A stretch of DNA of 64,000 nt from Candidatus Aenigmatarchaeota archaeon. GTDB lineage: Archaea; Aenigmatarchaeota; Aenigmatarchaeia; CG10238-14; SpSt-28. Location of the stretch: positions 295,863-359,862 of the forward strand of contig JAVYPJ010000001.1 in NCBI GenBank assembly GCA_038733315.1, written 5' to 3'. The position numbers and the translations under genes were made by a program. This document shows, piece after piece, positions 19,209 to 29,363 of the stretch; position 1 is the first letter of the stretch; each line of letters opens with the position of its first letter. The notes beneath the pieces are model-generated. The model searched no databases. It was not told the origin of the DNA and saw only the letters and a program-made list of their open reading frames with translations.

Positions 19209-21185
19209 ATGGACGGAGTTATAATATTAGAATCTATGGATAATAGAATAATAATTGATGAAAAGAATAAAAAAGTATTGAAAAAATGTAAGGAATTTCC
19301 AATCTCTAAGGAAAAGTTTATTAGAGAGAAGGAAACATTAAAAGAACTTAAAGATGTGGGTGTGGTACCTAAATTACTGTCTATCGTAGACAGCTCTATC
19401 GAGGTGGAATACCTATATGACTATTATAATGTAACACCAGAGAAAATTTTTGAAACGCTTAAAAAAATTTATAATTTCTATGGGATAGAAACATTGATCT
19501 TAAATAAAGATGTTATTCTCAAAAGAATTTCTAATGTAGAAAAAATGATTGGCAGCGGAATAAGAAATCCGGTTATAAATGCTTCTATAGATTTTTTAAA
19601 AAATTACGTTATTTCGAATAAAAACTTCATCGTTCACGAAACAAAAATAAATGGAAATTTAGCTTTGAGACATTTAAAGAGAGATACAGATGGCAATTTG
19701 AAAATTATAGATTGGGGTGATTCGAGAAAAGGTTTTATAGAAGAAGATATTGGATATTTTAGAGCAGAAGAGTTAATGTTCTTTGAGAAGGAGGGAAACG
19801 AACCTCTGCATATAAAAAAGTTATTAGATGGTTTGGAAGCGTTATTATATTATGACGATTTGATTGATAAAAAATCATTGAAATTATTTTCTTCGCTAAA
19901 GCACATCGAGAGAATACCATTTACAAATTTTTATGAATGTAATAATCCTAAGAAAGAGTATCTTTTAAAAGAACTATCGGCGCTTAATGTTATTGAAGAA
20001 CTTTCACTAAGAGATATAATGTCATATCCATATAAGATAAATCCGAAACGAATCCTCTTGGTTACTTGGGGGCCACAGGGTTCTGTAGGTGGTGTGGCTA
20101 CATATATTAATTGCATAAAGGAATATCTAGGGGAATTCGGTTTTGTATTTCATGAAATAGCATCTTATGAAAATCCAAAAAAAAGAGGAGAAATAGACTA
20201 TTTTATAAAATTGGAAAATGGTCAGTGGAAAAGAGTAGAAAAAGAGGATATTATTAGACATATTAAGAAGCTGAATGTTAATTTAGTAGACATTCATTCT
20301 TTTCCATCTGGTCTTGATTTTAATGGTGAGAGTTTGGTAGAAATCATAAGGAAAAATGTACAGAAACCTATAATATATACTGCTCACGTTTGTGTCGGGG
20401 ATGTGATAAAGAGTAGGTCGTATATAGAATCAGATTTAAGGTGTATTAATGAAGCTTCTATATTCGTGAGTAACCAATATCTTTTAGAAAGATATTTAGA
20501 GACATTTAGAAATGTTTTGAAATCAAAAAAAATTAAGATAATAAATCAAAGTAGTGGACTTTATACAAGAGAAATAGACAAAAAAAAGGTTGAAGAGATT
20601 GTGAATAAATATAAAAACTGTTGGAGGATTTTATATCATGGTAGAATAACTGAAGATAAAGGTATATTAGAACTTTTAGCTGCTATCGAGGATCTTTCTA
20701 ATAAATTTAGTGCGGATGATGTGGGTTTAGAATTGTTTATGACTGGAAAGATAAGATCTGGTGCTAATTCTATTGAAGAAATCTACGGTAAAAAATTACC
20801 AAAAAATGTCGAATATTTTGGTATAGTATCAGAAAATAGACTTGCTGAAATTATAGAAGCATCTCATATCTTAGTACAGCCTACTCATTACGATTCATTT
20901 AATATAAGTTTATTGGAAGCATCTCTATATGATAAACCAATGATAACTTTTAATATTTTTGCACCAAAATATTATTTTATAGATAAATATAAAGTAGCGT
21001 ATCCAGTAGAATGGAGTGATAGTTTCAAAGAGAGAGTTAATAATTTATCTAGAGCTATTGAAGATGTTATTTTTAATTACAATCGTTTCAAAAAAATTGT
21101 TGAAAAGGGTAAGTTAGAAATTATATCTAATCATTCGGTTGGAAGATTTATCTATGATTATATTAATTTGTATAGAAGATTATAG
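19209..21185 (+). CDS. APH/choline-kinase-like domain fused to GT4 glycosyltransferase
   Basis: VPKLL and IIDWGD...EEDIG in the N-half; GGVATY, HGRITEDKGI, DSFNISLLEA in the C-half. ATG 19209 preferred over TTG 19185. Confidence 0.75.
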   Translation: MDGVIILESMDNRIIIDEKNKKVLKKCKEFPISKEKFIREKETLKELKDVGVVPKLLSIVDSSIEVEYLYDYYNVTPEKIFETLKKIYNFYGIETLILNKDVILKRISNVEKMIGSGIRNPVINASIDFLKNYVISNKNFIVHETKINGNLALRHLKRDTDGNLKIIDWGDSRKGFIEEDIGYFRAEELMFFEKEGNEPLHIKKLLDGLEALLYYDDLIDKKSLKLFSSLKHIERIPFTNFYECNNPKKEYLLKELSALNVIEELSLRDIMSYPYKINPKRILLVTWGPQGSVGGVATYINCIKEYLGEFGFVFHEIASYENPKKRGEIDYFIKLENGQWKRVEKEDIIRHIKKLNVNLVDIHSFPSGLDFNGESLVEIIRKNVQKPIIYTAHVCVGDVIKSRSYIESDLRCINEASIFVSNQYLLERYLETFRNVLKSKKIKIINQSSGLYTREIDKKKVEEIVNKYKNCWRILYHGRITEDKGILELLAAIEDLSNKFSADDVGLELFMTGKIRSGANSIEEIYGKKLPKNVEYFGIVSENRLAEIIEASHILVQPTHYDSFNISLLEASLYDKPMITFNIFAPKYYFIDKYKVAYPVEWSDSFKERVNNLSRAIEDVIFNYNRFKKIVEKGKLEIISNHSVGRFIYDYINLYRRL

Positions 21186-21237
21186 TTTTAACAAAACTCG
21201 ATTTTAAATTTTTTATCTTGTTTGCAGTATTTTTATT

Positions 21238-22308
21238 ATGGATAACAAACTAGTTACATTAGTCTATTTGATTCTTTCTACAATGATAGGCGCTGGAATT
21301 TTAGCATTACCATATGCTCTTTATTCTGTTGGAATTTTTTCTTCAATTTTTTTATATTTAATTTCCGCATTTATAATTTATGTAGCTTCAACAATTCTGC
21401 TTAGGGCAAGCTTAAAATACTACAAGACAATTCTACCAGAAGTTTTTGGGAGATATCTAGGTAAAGGATTTAAAAGGATATCTTTTTTTCTTATATCACT
21501 TTCCATTGTTTTTGTTTGTATAGCTTATTTAAATGTTATAAATTTATCAATAAAATTTTTTAATATTAATTCAGAAGTATATACTCTATTAATAACTGCT
21601 ATTGCGATGGCAATAACCTTTGTTGGATTTAATTTAGTAGAAAAATCAGAAAAAATACTTTTTACTATAAAAATAATAATAATTTTATTTTTTTTATCCT
21701 ATATTGTTTTTATTCCGAAAAAATATGATTTAGAGTTTTTTTCTCTAAATATAAAGAGCTATTTTCAGTTATTATTGATTTCTGTTTTTGCATTTTCATT
21801 TTATTCAATAGTTCCATCTCTTCTGTATGTAACTAGGGATGAAAAATTATTAAGAAAATCCATAATAATCTCGATTTCAATAGCTCTTTTCCTCTACTTC
21901 GTTTTCTCTTATTTTACGGCTTTTCGTTCTGGTAGTTCGGAGATATCTACATTAAGTTTTAGTTCGTTAACAAATTTCTTAACATTATTTTTAGTTATAA
22001 CACCATATTTAATTCTCTCTTGGATATTAAGCGAAAACATTTCAGAATTTTTTAGGCAAGAAAAAAGAGTGTCTGTTCTAATTTCTTTCGGGTTACCATT
22101 TATACTTTTTATAGTTTTACCAAAATCTTTTCTTTTATACATTGAAATTACTAGCGCATTCTTTATCTTATCGATATATTTTCTAATAGGATTACTAGGT
22201 TATAGGTTTAGCAATGAGCTAAGTATTAACAAGAATCTTCCATTGTTTTTAATGGTCATTTCGACTATATTAATATTTTTTGAGATTATTAACTTAGTTT
22301 TATTATGA
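21238..22308 (+). CDS. Amino acid permease (APC superfamily, Trp/Tyr-type)
   Basis: STMIGAGILALPYA; about 11 TM helices. Confidence 0.85.
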   Translation: MDNKLVTLVYLILSTMIGAGILALPYALYSVGIFSSIFLYLISAFIIYVASTILLRASLKYYKTILPEVFGRYLGKGFKRISFFLISLSIVFVCIAYLNVINLSIKFFNINSEVYTLLITAIAMAITFVGFNLVEKSEKILFTIKIIIILFFLSYIVFIPKKYDLEFFSLNIKSYFQLLLISVFAFSFYSIVPSLLYVTRDEKLLRKSIIISISIALFLYFVFSYFTAFRSGSSEISTLSFSSLTNFLTLFLVITPYLILSWILSENISEFFRQEKRVSVLISFGLPFILFIVLPKSFLLYIEITSAFFILSIYFLIGLLGYRFSNELSINKNLPLFLMVISTILIFFEIINLVLL

Positions 22309-23111
22309 TAGAAATAAAGAGTAAGATAATAAATCTGAAGTTTGATAAAAATACCAATGAACTTTTTTTGAATAACAACAAACTAAAAGCTGATGAAAGG
22401 AAAGTAAGAGATATGAAACCTGTTTTTATGTGTGAAGAAATACAAGAAAATTTTTTGGATAAAACTTTATACTATATGTTCAGGGATGTTAAGAGAGAAG
22501 AAGATAAGGAAAAGCTTGGGAATATAAGATTTGACATAACAGCAATAATTCCTGGTAAAATATGTGGAGAATATATTAAAACTTTTGGACATGTACATTC
22601 TTATCCTGAAAACTCTTCGCTTTCTTATCCAGAGGTTTATCAAGTATTAAATGGACAAGCACTTTTTGTTTTGCAAAAGTATAATGATAGCTTAATGGTT
22701 GAAGAAGTTATTTTAGTTAAAGGTTTGAAAGGTGATATAGTTATAATTCCGCCTAACTACGGTCATGTAACTGTAAATATTGGTGAGGACATGTTAGTAA
22801 TGTCTAATTTAATTAGTCGAAACTGTAAGTCCGATTATAAACGTTATGAAGAGAGAAGAGGTGCAGCTGTTTATGCTGTTAGTAAAGAAGTTGAAGGGGT
22901 ACCTGAAATTTTTATAAATGGCGTTAAAATAATAAGAAATAAAAATTATAAAGAAGAATTTAAAATAACGTATTATGAAAATCCAAAAGAGCATAATAGT
23001 AGATTTTTAAAAAAAGATTTTCCAAGTGGAGAAAATCTCTATGATTTATTAGTATTAAAATTGTATGATTTTTCCTTTTTAGAGAAACCGTCGCTAATGA
23101 TTGCTAAATAA
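22305..23111 (+). CDS. pgiA: Cupin-type glucose-6-phosphate isomerase
   Basis: LYYMFRD, RFDIT, KTFGHVH, YPEVYQV, IPPNYGHVTVN. Confidence 0.85.
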   Translation: MIEIKSKIINLKFDKNTNELFLNNNKLKADERKVRDMKPVFMCEEIQENFLDKTLYYMFRDVKREEDKEKLGNIRFDITAIIPGKICGEYIKTFGHVHSYPENSSLSYPEVYQVLNGQALFVLQKYNDSLMVEEVILVKGLKGDIVIIPPNYGHVTVNIGEDMLVMSNLISRNCKSDYKRYEERRGAAVYAVSKEVEGVPEIFINGVKIIRNKNYKEEFKITYYENPKEHNSRFLKKDFPSGENLYDLLVLKLYDFSFLEKPSLMIAK

Positions 23112-23145
23112 ATAAAAAAATATTAACTTTTTTAATTTTTTAGAG

Positions 23146-23216
23146 GCGCCAGTCGTCTAGCGGTAGGACACCGGCTTCCCAAGCCGGTAGCCCGGGTTCA
23201 AATCCCGGCTGGCGCA
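23146..23216 (+). tRNA. tRNA-Gly(CCC)
   Basis: GCGCCAG/CTGGCGC acceptor, CCGGC-TTCCCAA-GCCGG anticodon arm, GGTTCAAATCC; no encoded CCA. Confidence 0.97.
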
Positions 23217-23225
23217 TATTTTTAA

Positions 23226-23939
23226 TCATTCAAACAATAGAACTCTAACAAACCTATATGTAATAATTACTAAGAATGAAAAGAGCGCGTATCCTACTAT
23301 TGCTAATACTATTGCTATGAATTTACTTATGGGGCTAATCGGAACAATATCTCCATATCCTATGGTTGTTACTGTTTGTGCTGATAGCCAAATACCATCT
23401 ATCATATTTTTTATTTTGCTATTCGGTATATCAGCCTCTAATATATAAAAGATAGACCCGCCAATAATAATTGTAACAAAAAATGAAAAAATACACAACT
23501 CAATATTTCTAAAAGAAACTTCGTCAAACGCTTTAGCAAGTTTTTTTCTGTTCTCTATAACAGGATAAATACACCTTATTATTCTTAATAATCTTAATAT
23601 TCTTAATAACCTAAATGATCTAAGTACGGCATAGTTTTTTAGGCCTAATAGAAACAAATAACCAGCAAGTACTGATAAAAAATCTATAATACCAAAAATA
23701 CTTATAACATATTCAATTTTTCTTTTTGTGGTTAGTATTCTTAAAATATATTCTATGGTAAATATAGAGGTAAACAAAATCTCTGAAAAAATAAAATATT
23801 TTTGATATTTATCCCAAAAATCAGGAATAGTTTCTAGTATTATTAAAAATATCGAAACTAGAATTATTATCGATATAATATCATTAAAAATTATATATTC
23901 TTTAGAGCCTTCTGCCCAGAAAAAATCTTTAATTTGCAT
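23226..23939 (-). CDS. 6-TM voltage-gated-type potassium channel
   Basis: S4 RSFRLLRILRLLRIIR; filter TTIGYGD. Confidence 0.92.
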   Translation of the reverse strand: MQIKDFFWAEGSKEYIIFNDIISIIILVSIFLIILETIPDFWDKYQKYFIFSEILFTSIFTIEYILRILTTKRKIEYVISIFGIIDFLSVLAGYLFLLGLKNYAVLRSFRLLRILRLLRIIRCIYPVIENRKKLAKAFDEVSFRNIELCIFSFFVTIIIGGSIFYILEADIPNSKIKNMIDGIWLSAQTVTTIGYGDIVPISPISKFIAIVLAIVGYALFSFLVIITYRFVRVLLFE

Positions 23940-23944
23940 AAAAT

Positions 23945-24151
23945 TTACTTAGTAAGTTCTTTAATTTCTATAGCCTCTGCTGGACAGCTTTCTGCGGCCT
24001 CTTTAACTTTTTCTAAAATTTTTTCATCTTCAATTATATCTTTTTTCGCTCGGGAAAAACCCTCTTCACTAAATTCAAAGACTTCTGGAGCGATTGCTAT
24101 GCAACTTCCGCAACCAATGCATTTTTCGTTAACCTTTATTTTTATCTTCAT
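23945..24151 (-). CDS. Ferredoxin (single 4Fe-4S cluster)
   Basis: CIGCGSC...CP; likely start MKIKIKV at 24151. Confidence 0.92.
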   Translation of the reverse strand: MKIKIKVNEKCIGCGSCIAIAPEVFEFSEEGFSRAKKDIIEDEKILEKVKEAAESCPAEAIEIKELTK

Positions 24152-24196
24152 AAATAAATTCAAAACTATCATATAAATTCTTTTTTGATTAAATTT

Positions 24197-24586
24197 ATGG
24201 AAACAGTGAGAAAAGCTATAAAAGAATTAAAAGAAAAGGATTTAGTAATAATAGATGGCGCGCCATGCAGAGTAGAAAGTGTATCGACATCAGTAAGCGG
24301 TAAGCATGGTGCAGCAAAAACTAGAGTAGAAGCGATAGGATTGTTTGATAGAAAAAGGAGAAGTATAGTTCAACCAGCTGATGAAAGTGTAGAAGTACCG
24401 ATAATAAAAAAGAAAAAAGCCCAAGTTTTAGCGATAATAGGAGATAAAGCACAGCTAATGGATTTAGAAACTTATGAGACTCTAGAATTAGAAATTCCTG
24501 AAGAGAAGAGAGAAAAATTAAGAGAGGGCGAAGAAGTTTGGTATTATGAAGTTGTTGGTGTTAAGACGTTAAGAGATTTGAAATGA
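24197..24586 (+). CDS. eif5a: Translation factor aIF5A
   Basis: GKHGAAK hypusine motif; likely ATG at 24197. Confidence 0.95.
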   Translation: METVRKAIKELKEKDLVIIDGAPCRVESVSTSVSGKHGAAKTRVEAIGLFDRKRRSIVQPADESVEVPIIKKKKAQVLAIIGDKAQLMDLETYETLELEIPEEKREKLREGEEVWYYEVVGVKTLRDLK

Positions 24587-25401
24587 GAATAGCAGGCTTC
24601 TCTGGCTATTTTTATCCTTTTTTAGAGAGTGAAATAATAGAATTCATAAAAAAGTTTGAAAGCGAGATTCCTATAAAATCTGAAAAAATAATTTCTGCTA
24701 TAGTTCCGCATGCTGGTTGGGTTTATAGTGGGAAATGTAGTTTGTATGTTTATAAAAATTTAAGCGAAATCGAAAATGTAATAATAATTGCTACAAATCA
24801 TTCTTCCATAGGCAAAGTTTTATTAAGCTTAGAAGATATAAAAACACCCTTAGGAAAAATAGAAATAAATAGAAAAATAGTAAAACAAATTTTGGATGAA
24901 ATAGAATTTAGTGAAATAAATGAAGAAATACATTGTAATGAGCACGCAATAGAAGTTCAGTTACCATTTTTACAATATTATTTAAAAAAGTTTAAGCTAA
25001 CTCCTATACTAGTTTCTAATTTAGAATTAGATGAAATAAAGAAAATTTCTAGTTTTCTAAAAAATAACATAAATTTCAAAAATTCTGTAATAATTTTTAG
25101 TGGTGATTTAATTCATCACGGCGCTATTTATGGTTTTGAGATATTTAAAGAAAATAAAAAAGAAAATGTTAGGAATGCTGATTTAGAAATAATAAATTCT
25201 ATATTGGAGAAAATTTTGGAAAAATATTTGAAGCTAATAAAAAAATATCATACAGTTTGTGGTTATTATGTTTTTCAAATTTTTATAGAATTAACAAATA
25301 GCTTAAATCTAAAAAATGAACTATTATGCTACTATAATTCAGCAGACGTAACTAAAAACGAAGATGCTATTGTAGGATATGCATCTATAATTTCCTACTA
25401 G
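24583..25401 (+). CDS. amrB: MEMO1-family protein (AmmeMemoRadiSam protein B)
   Basis: PHAGWVYSG, EHAIEVQLPFLQ, SGDLIHHG, VGYASI. Confidence 0.9.
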   Translation: MRIAGFSGYFYPFLESEIIEFIKKFESEIPIKSEKIISAIVPHAGWVYSGKCSLYVYKNLSEIENVIIIATNHSSIGKVLLSLEDIKTPLGKIEINRKIVKQILDEIEFSEINEEIHCNEHAIEVQLPFLQYYLKKFKLTPILVSNLELDEIKKISSFLKNNINFKNSVIIFSGDLIHHGAIYGFEIFKENKKENVRNADLEIINSILEKILEKYLKLIKKYHTVCGYYVFQIFIELTNSLNLKNELLCYYNSADVTKNEDAIVGYASIISY

Positions 25402-26495
25402 CCAAAGTTAACTATTTTATATTTTTTATTCTCTATTTCATCTATTTGTTTTGGAAATAAAAGTTTTGAAGTTTCGGCGCTGCCAACAATATGTATTTTA
25501 TAATTACAAAATTTGCATCTGTTTTTCTTATTAAGATTAATTTCTTGAACTAGAAAGCCAACTCTCTTTATTAAAATATTTTTACAGTTTGGACAATAAG
25601 TGTTTTCTAATTTATGGTTAAAAACATTGCCTATATAAACGTATTTTATTCCTTCTCTTATCGCAATCTCTGCATGCTTCTCTAAAATTTCTATTGGAGT
25701 TGAAGGAAAGTTTAACATTTTATAGGTTGGTGAAAATCTTAGAAAATGAATTATCGATTTTTCTCCTAAGCAATCATATATTTTTTTACATAATTTTTTA
25801 CAATCATCTAAGTTATCACCAACTTTTGGGATTATTAAGTCTGTAATTTCTAAATGAATTTTTTTCTTGCTTAGCTCCTCTAAGCTTTGAAATACAGGTT
25901 CATAAGAAGGTATAGAAATAAACTTTCTTGCAAATTCATTATTTCCATTACCTTTAAAATCTATAGAAATCGCATCTGAAAATTCAGAGAAAAATTCTAT
26001 AGATTCATCGCTTAAATAACCATTTGTTATGAAAATTATTTTTAGGCTTTCTTTTTTAGCAATTTTTGAAACATCGTAAATATATTCTGCATATATTGTA
26101 GGTTCATTATAAGTAAAACAAATCGAGCTAATGTTATAAATTTCTTTATATTTTTTCGCAATGTTAACTATTTCATTTGGTAAGAATTCAAAACCTTCTA
26201 TTTTTCTTCTTTGGGAAATATCATAATTGCAGCAATACTTGCAAGCCCAATTACATCCAAAGGTTCCGAAGCTTAATGCTACAGAACCTATATAAAAGTG
26301 AAAAAATGGTTTTTTCTCTATCGGATCTAAATTTGCTGCACAAAATAAACCATAGTTTGCTAAATAAAGCTTATTATCTTTATTAATTCTAACTCCGCAA
26401 AAACCAACTTGGTTTGGTAATAGTTTACAATATCTTTTGCATGCAGTACAAATAACTCTATTTTTTTCTATTTTATAAAGAATAGCCTCTTTCAT
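25398..26495 (-). CDS. amrS: AmmeMemoRadiSam radical SAM enzyme
   Basis: DPIEKKPFFHF, GCNWACKYC, TYNEPT, C-terminal CPNC; convergent with MEMO1. Confidence 0.92.
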   Translation of the reverse strand: MKEAILYKIEKNRVICTACKRYCKLLPNQVGFCGVRINKDNKLYLANYGLFCAANLDPIEKKPFFHFYIGSVALSFGTFGCNWACKYCCNYDISQRRKIEGFEFLPNEIVNIAKKYKEIYNISSICFTYNEPTIYAEYIYDVSKIAKKESLKIIFITNGYLSDESIEFFSEFSDAISIDFKGNGNNEFARKFISIPSYEPVFQSLEELSKKKIHLEITDLIIPKVGDNLDDCKKLCKKIYDCLGEKSIIHFLRFSPTYKMLNFPSTPIEILEKHAEIAIREGIKYVYIGNVFNHKLENTYCPNCKNILIKRVGFLVQEINLNKKNRCKFCNYKIHIVGSAETSKLLFPKQIDEIENKKYKIVNFG

Positions 26496-26521
26496 AAATA
26501 AATTTTTTACTACAGAAAATT

Positions 26522-26761
26522 ATGACTAAGAAAGAGGTAATAAAAGAGGTTTTTATTCCTAAATGGATGGCTTGGTTTAATTTAGTTTTGATGGCATTAA
26601 TTACAGTTTTTATTCTGTACATTAATTCTGTTGTTCCAGAAAGTGAAAAAATACCAGCATTAGGTTTAGCGATGATACTTTTAATTTTTATAATTATTGT
26701 CGTTATAGTATTTTTATCGGCATATAGAAGATTGCCTATCTACTATTTAAAGGAAAGATAA
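26522..26761 (+). CDS. Small 2-TM membrane protein
   Basis: Two hydrophobic helices; fills the gap upstream of trm56. Confidence 0.65.
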   Translation: MTKKEVIKEVFIPKWMAWFNLVLMALITVFILYINSVVPESEKIPALGLAMILLIFIIIVVIVFLSAYRRLPIYYLKER

Positions 26762-26764
26762 TTA

Positions 26765-27283
26765 ATGGAAGTTTATGTTTTAAGATTGTTCCATAGAAGG
26801 GAAAGGGATAAAAGGGTTACAACTCATTGTGCACTAGTTGCTAGAGCTTTTTTAGCAAAGAAAATGTTTTATTGTGGAGATAGGGATGAAAGTTTAGAAG
26901 ATAATATAAAAGACATTAATAAAAGATTTGGTGGTAGTTTTGAAATTGAATACGTAAAGGAATGGAAAAAATTATTAAAAGATTTTTCTGGAGTAAAAAT
27001 TCATTTAACTATGTATGGAATACCTTTATTAGATAAATTAGATGAAATTAAGAAAAAAGAAAAAATTTTAGTTATTATCGGTTCTGAGAAAGTTCCTAGA
27101 GAAGTATATGAAATTTCTGATTATAATATTTCGATAACAAATCAGCCGCATTCAGAAATAGCGGCCTTAGCAATATTTTTGGATAAAATTTTTGAAAGTA
27201 AAGAGTTTTTTGTAGAATTTGAAAATGCTAAGATAAAAATAATACCTAGCGAAAGGAATAAAAAAGTTTTAAAGATTAAATAG
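26765..27283 (+). CDS. trm56: tRNA (cytidine56-2'-O)-methyltransferase
   Basis: HRRERDKRVTTHCALVARAF, HLTMYG, GSEKVP, NQPHSEIAALA. Confidence 0.95.
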   Translation: MEVYVLRLFHRRERDKRVTTHCALVARAFLAKKMFYCGDRDESLEDNIKDINKRFGGSFEIEYVKEWKKLLKDFSGVKIHLTMYGIPLLDKLDEIKKKEKILVIIGSEKVPREVYEISDYNISITNQPHSEIAALAIFLDKIFESKEFFVEFENAKIKIIPSERNKKVLKIK

Positions 27284-27294
27284 TATAGGTAAGT

Positions 27295-27798
27295 ATGGTG
27301 GTTGGACTTTTTGTTGCGAGGTTTCAGCCTTTGCATAAGGGGCATGAAAGGGCTATAAGGAAAGCTCTGAAGTTATATGAAAAAGTAATAATAGTAATAG
27401 GAAGTGCGGATAAGAGCAGAGAAGAAAAGAATCCTTTTACTGCAGAAGAAAGGAAGTTAATGTTAGAAGCAGTATTTTCTAAGGAAATTAATGATGGAAA
27501 AATTGAAATATTGGCTATAGAGGATAAAACTAGCGATGAAGAATGGGCAAACGAATTAATTTCGAAAGTTAGTTTTGATGAGGTTTATACTGCAAGCGAT
27601 TGGGTAGCAAAAGCTTTTGAAGGAAAAAAGAATGTTAAAAGGTTTAAGCCATTTAAATATGAAACTATAAACGGAACAAATATTAGAAGATTAATAAAAG
27701 AGGGAAATGAAGAGTGGAAAAAATATGTAAATAAGAAAATAGCTGAAATGATACAAAAAGTTGCACTTAAGGAATTCTTTTCAAAACTTTCTTCTTAA
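27295..27798 (+). CDS. nadM: Nicotinamide-nucleotide adenylyltransferase
   Basis: RFQPLHKGH, IGSA, NPFTAEER, GTNIRR. Confidence 0.85.
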   Translation: MVVGLFVARFQPLHKGHERAIRKALKLYEKVIIVIGSADKSREEKNPFTAEERKLMLEAVFSKEINDGKIEILAIEDKTSDEEWANELISKVSFDEVYTASDWVAKAFEGKKNVKRFKPFKYETINGTNIRRLIKEGNEEWKKYVNKKIAEMIQKVALKEFFSKLSS

Positions 27799-27812
27799 TT
27801 TTTTTTAATTCT

Positions 27813-27887
27813 TAGCGGGGGGTGGATTTGAACCACCGACCTCCGGGTTATGAGCCCGGCGGGCACTCCAGGCTGCCCTACCCCGCT
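27813..27887 (-). tRNA. Initiator tRNA-Met(CAT)
   Basis: Minus strand AGCGGGG...CCGGG-CTCATAA-CCCGG...GGTTCAAATCC...CCCCGCTA; A1-U72 and three consecutive G-C pairs in the anticodon stem. Confidence 0.95.
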
Positions 27888-27944
27888 TCATTCATATAAT
27901 TTAATTTTCTCCAAATAAATTATTTGTCAATTCTCAAAATATTT

Positions 27945-29363
27945 ATGGAAGAAAAAATAAGAGAAGTAATTAAAGAGGCCTTAAAAATGTCAATACCTTC
28001 TAAGAGCGAATATGAGTATGTAAACGAAATTAAAGATAAGGTTTTATTTTTCGCTGAAAAACATTCAAGAATATATAATGCAGAGGTAATGCTTTGTGGA
28101 AGTTTTGCAAAGAATACATGGTTGCCAAAAAGATATGAAATAGATATTTTTATTTTATTTTCTCCAAAATTGGATAAAGAAAGGTTAGAGGAACTTGGCT
28201 TAATAATAGGCAAAAGAGTTGCAGAGGAGTTAAATGCAGAATATATAATTGAATATGCTGAGCATCCATATGTTAGAATTAAATATAATGATGTTCAAAT
28301 AGATATAGTTCCAGCGTATAAAGTTAGTAAAGCCGATGAAAAAATAAGCGCTGTAGATAGGACTCCTTTTCACACAATATATGTAAAAGAAAAGCTTAAA
28401 AATATATTAAACGACGAAGTTAGATTGTTAAAGAAATTTATGATTTCTAACGAAATATATGGAGCAGATTCGAAAACAAATGGCTTTAGCGGTTATGTAT
28501 GCGAGCTATTAATAATTAATTACGGAACTTTTTTAAACACAATTAAAGCAGTAGCAAACTGGAAGCCAATAACTATAATCGATATAGAAAATTATTATTC
28601 TGAAAATGATAGAGAAGTTTTGGTCAAAATTTTTAAAAACCAACCTTTAATAATCATAGATCCTATAGATAAAGATAGGAATGCTGCTGCAGCGGTAAGT
28701 ACATATAATTATTTTAAGTTTATTAATTTGGCAAAATCATTTTTGGAAAATCCGTCAACATCTTTTTTTGAGAAAAAAGAAGCAAAAATTGTTAGCGAAG
28801 AAGAAATAATAAAATATCAAATGGATAGAAGAACAGAGCTAATAGTTTTGAGATTTTTTAGGCCAAAGGTTGTAGATGATATAATTTATCCTCAAATGAG
28901 AAAGTTTGCTAATAGAATTGAAGAAATATTAAAAAAATATAATTTTAGGGTGCTTAATAAAGATGTTTTTTGTAATGAAAAGTATTGTTACTTAGTTTTA
29001 GAGATGGAAATATTTAAGCTACCAAAAATAGAAAAGAAAATAGGTCCAATTTTTTTTGATTTAAATAATTCTAAGAAATTTATTGAAAAGTACAAAAATA
29101 ACATAACTTATATTGAGGAAAATAGATGGGTTGCTGAAGTAGAAAGAAAGTTCGTTAGGGCTATTGATAAGATAATAGATAGTTTAAATAAAGATGAAAA
29201 AACGTTAAGGGAAAAAGGAATTCCAAGTTTTGTTGCTCAACAGATTTCTAAAAACCTTGAAATAACTAATGAAACTTCTAAAATCAAATCGTTTGTTAAA
29301 GAAGACGAAGATTTTGGAAAGTTTTTAAAGAAATTCTTTAATAAAGAGAAATTAATAATATGA
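27945..29363 (+). CDS. cca: CCA-adding enzyme (archaeal class I)
   Basis: GSFAKNTWL..EIDIF, YAEHPYV, SAVDRTPFHT, GFSGYVCELL. Confidence 0.96.
   Translation: MEEKIREVIKEALKMSIPSKSEYEYVNEIKDKVLFFAEKHSRIYNAEVMLCGSFAKNTWLPKRYEIDIFILFSPKLDKERLEELGLIIGKRVAEELNAEYIIEYAEHPYVRIKYNDVQIDIVPAYKVSKADEKISAVDRTPFHTIYVKEKLKNILNDEVRLLKKFMISNEIYGADSKTNGFSGYVCELLIINYGTFLNTIKAVANWKPITIIDIENYYSENDREVLVKIFKNQPLIIIDPIDKDRNAAAAVSTYNYFKFINLAKSFLENPSTSFFEKKEAKIVSEEEIIKYQMDRRTELIVLRFFRPKVVDDIIYPQMRKFANRIEEILKKYNFRVLNKDVFCNEKYCYLVLEMEIFKLPKIEKKIGPIFFDLNNSKKFIEKYKNNITYIEENRWVAEVERKFVRAIDKIIDSLNKDEKTLREKGIPSFVAQQISKNLEITNETSKIKSFVKEDEDFGKFLKKFFNKEKLII

Noticed and set aside
24583..26495. MEMO1 plus radical SAM pair as a novel system
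   Set aside because: This is the already described AmmeMemoRadiSam association
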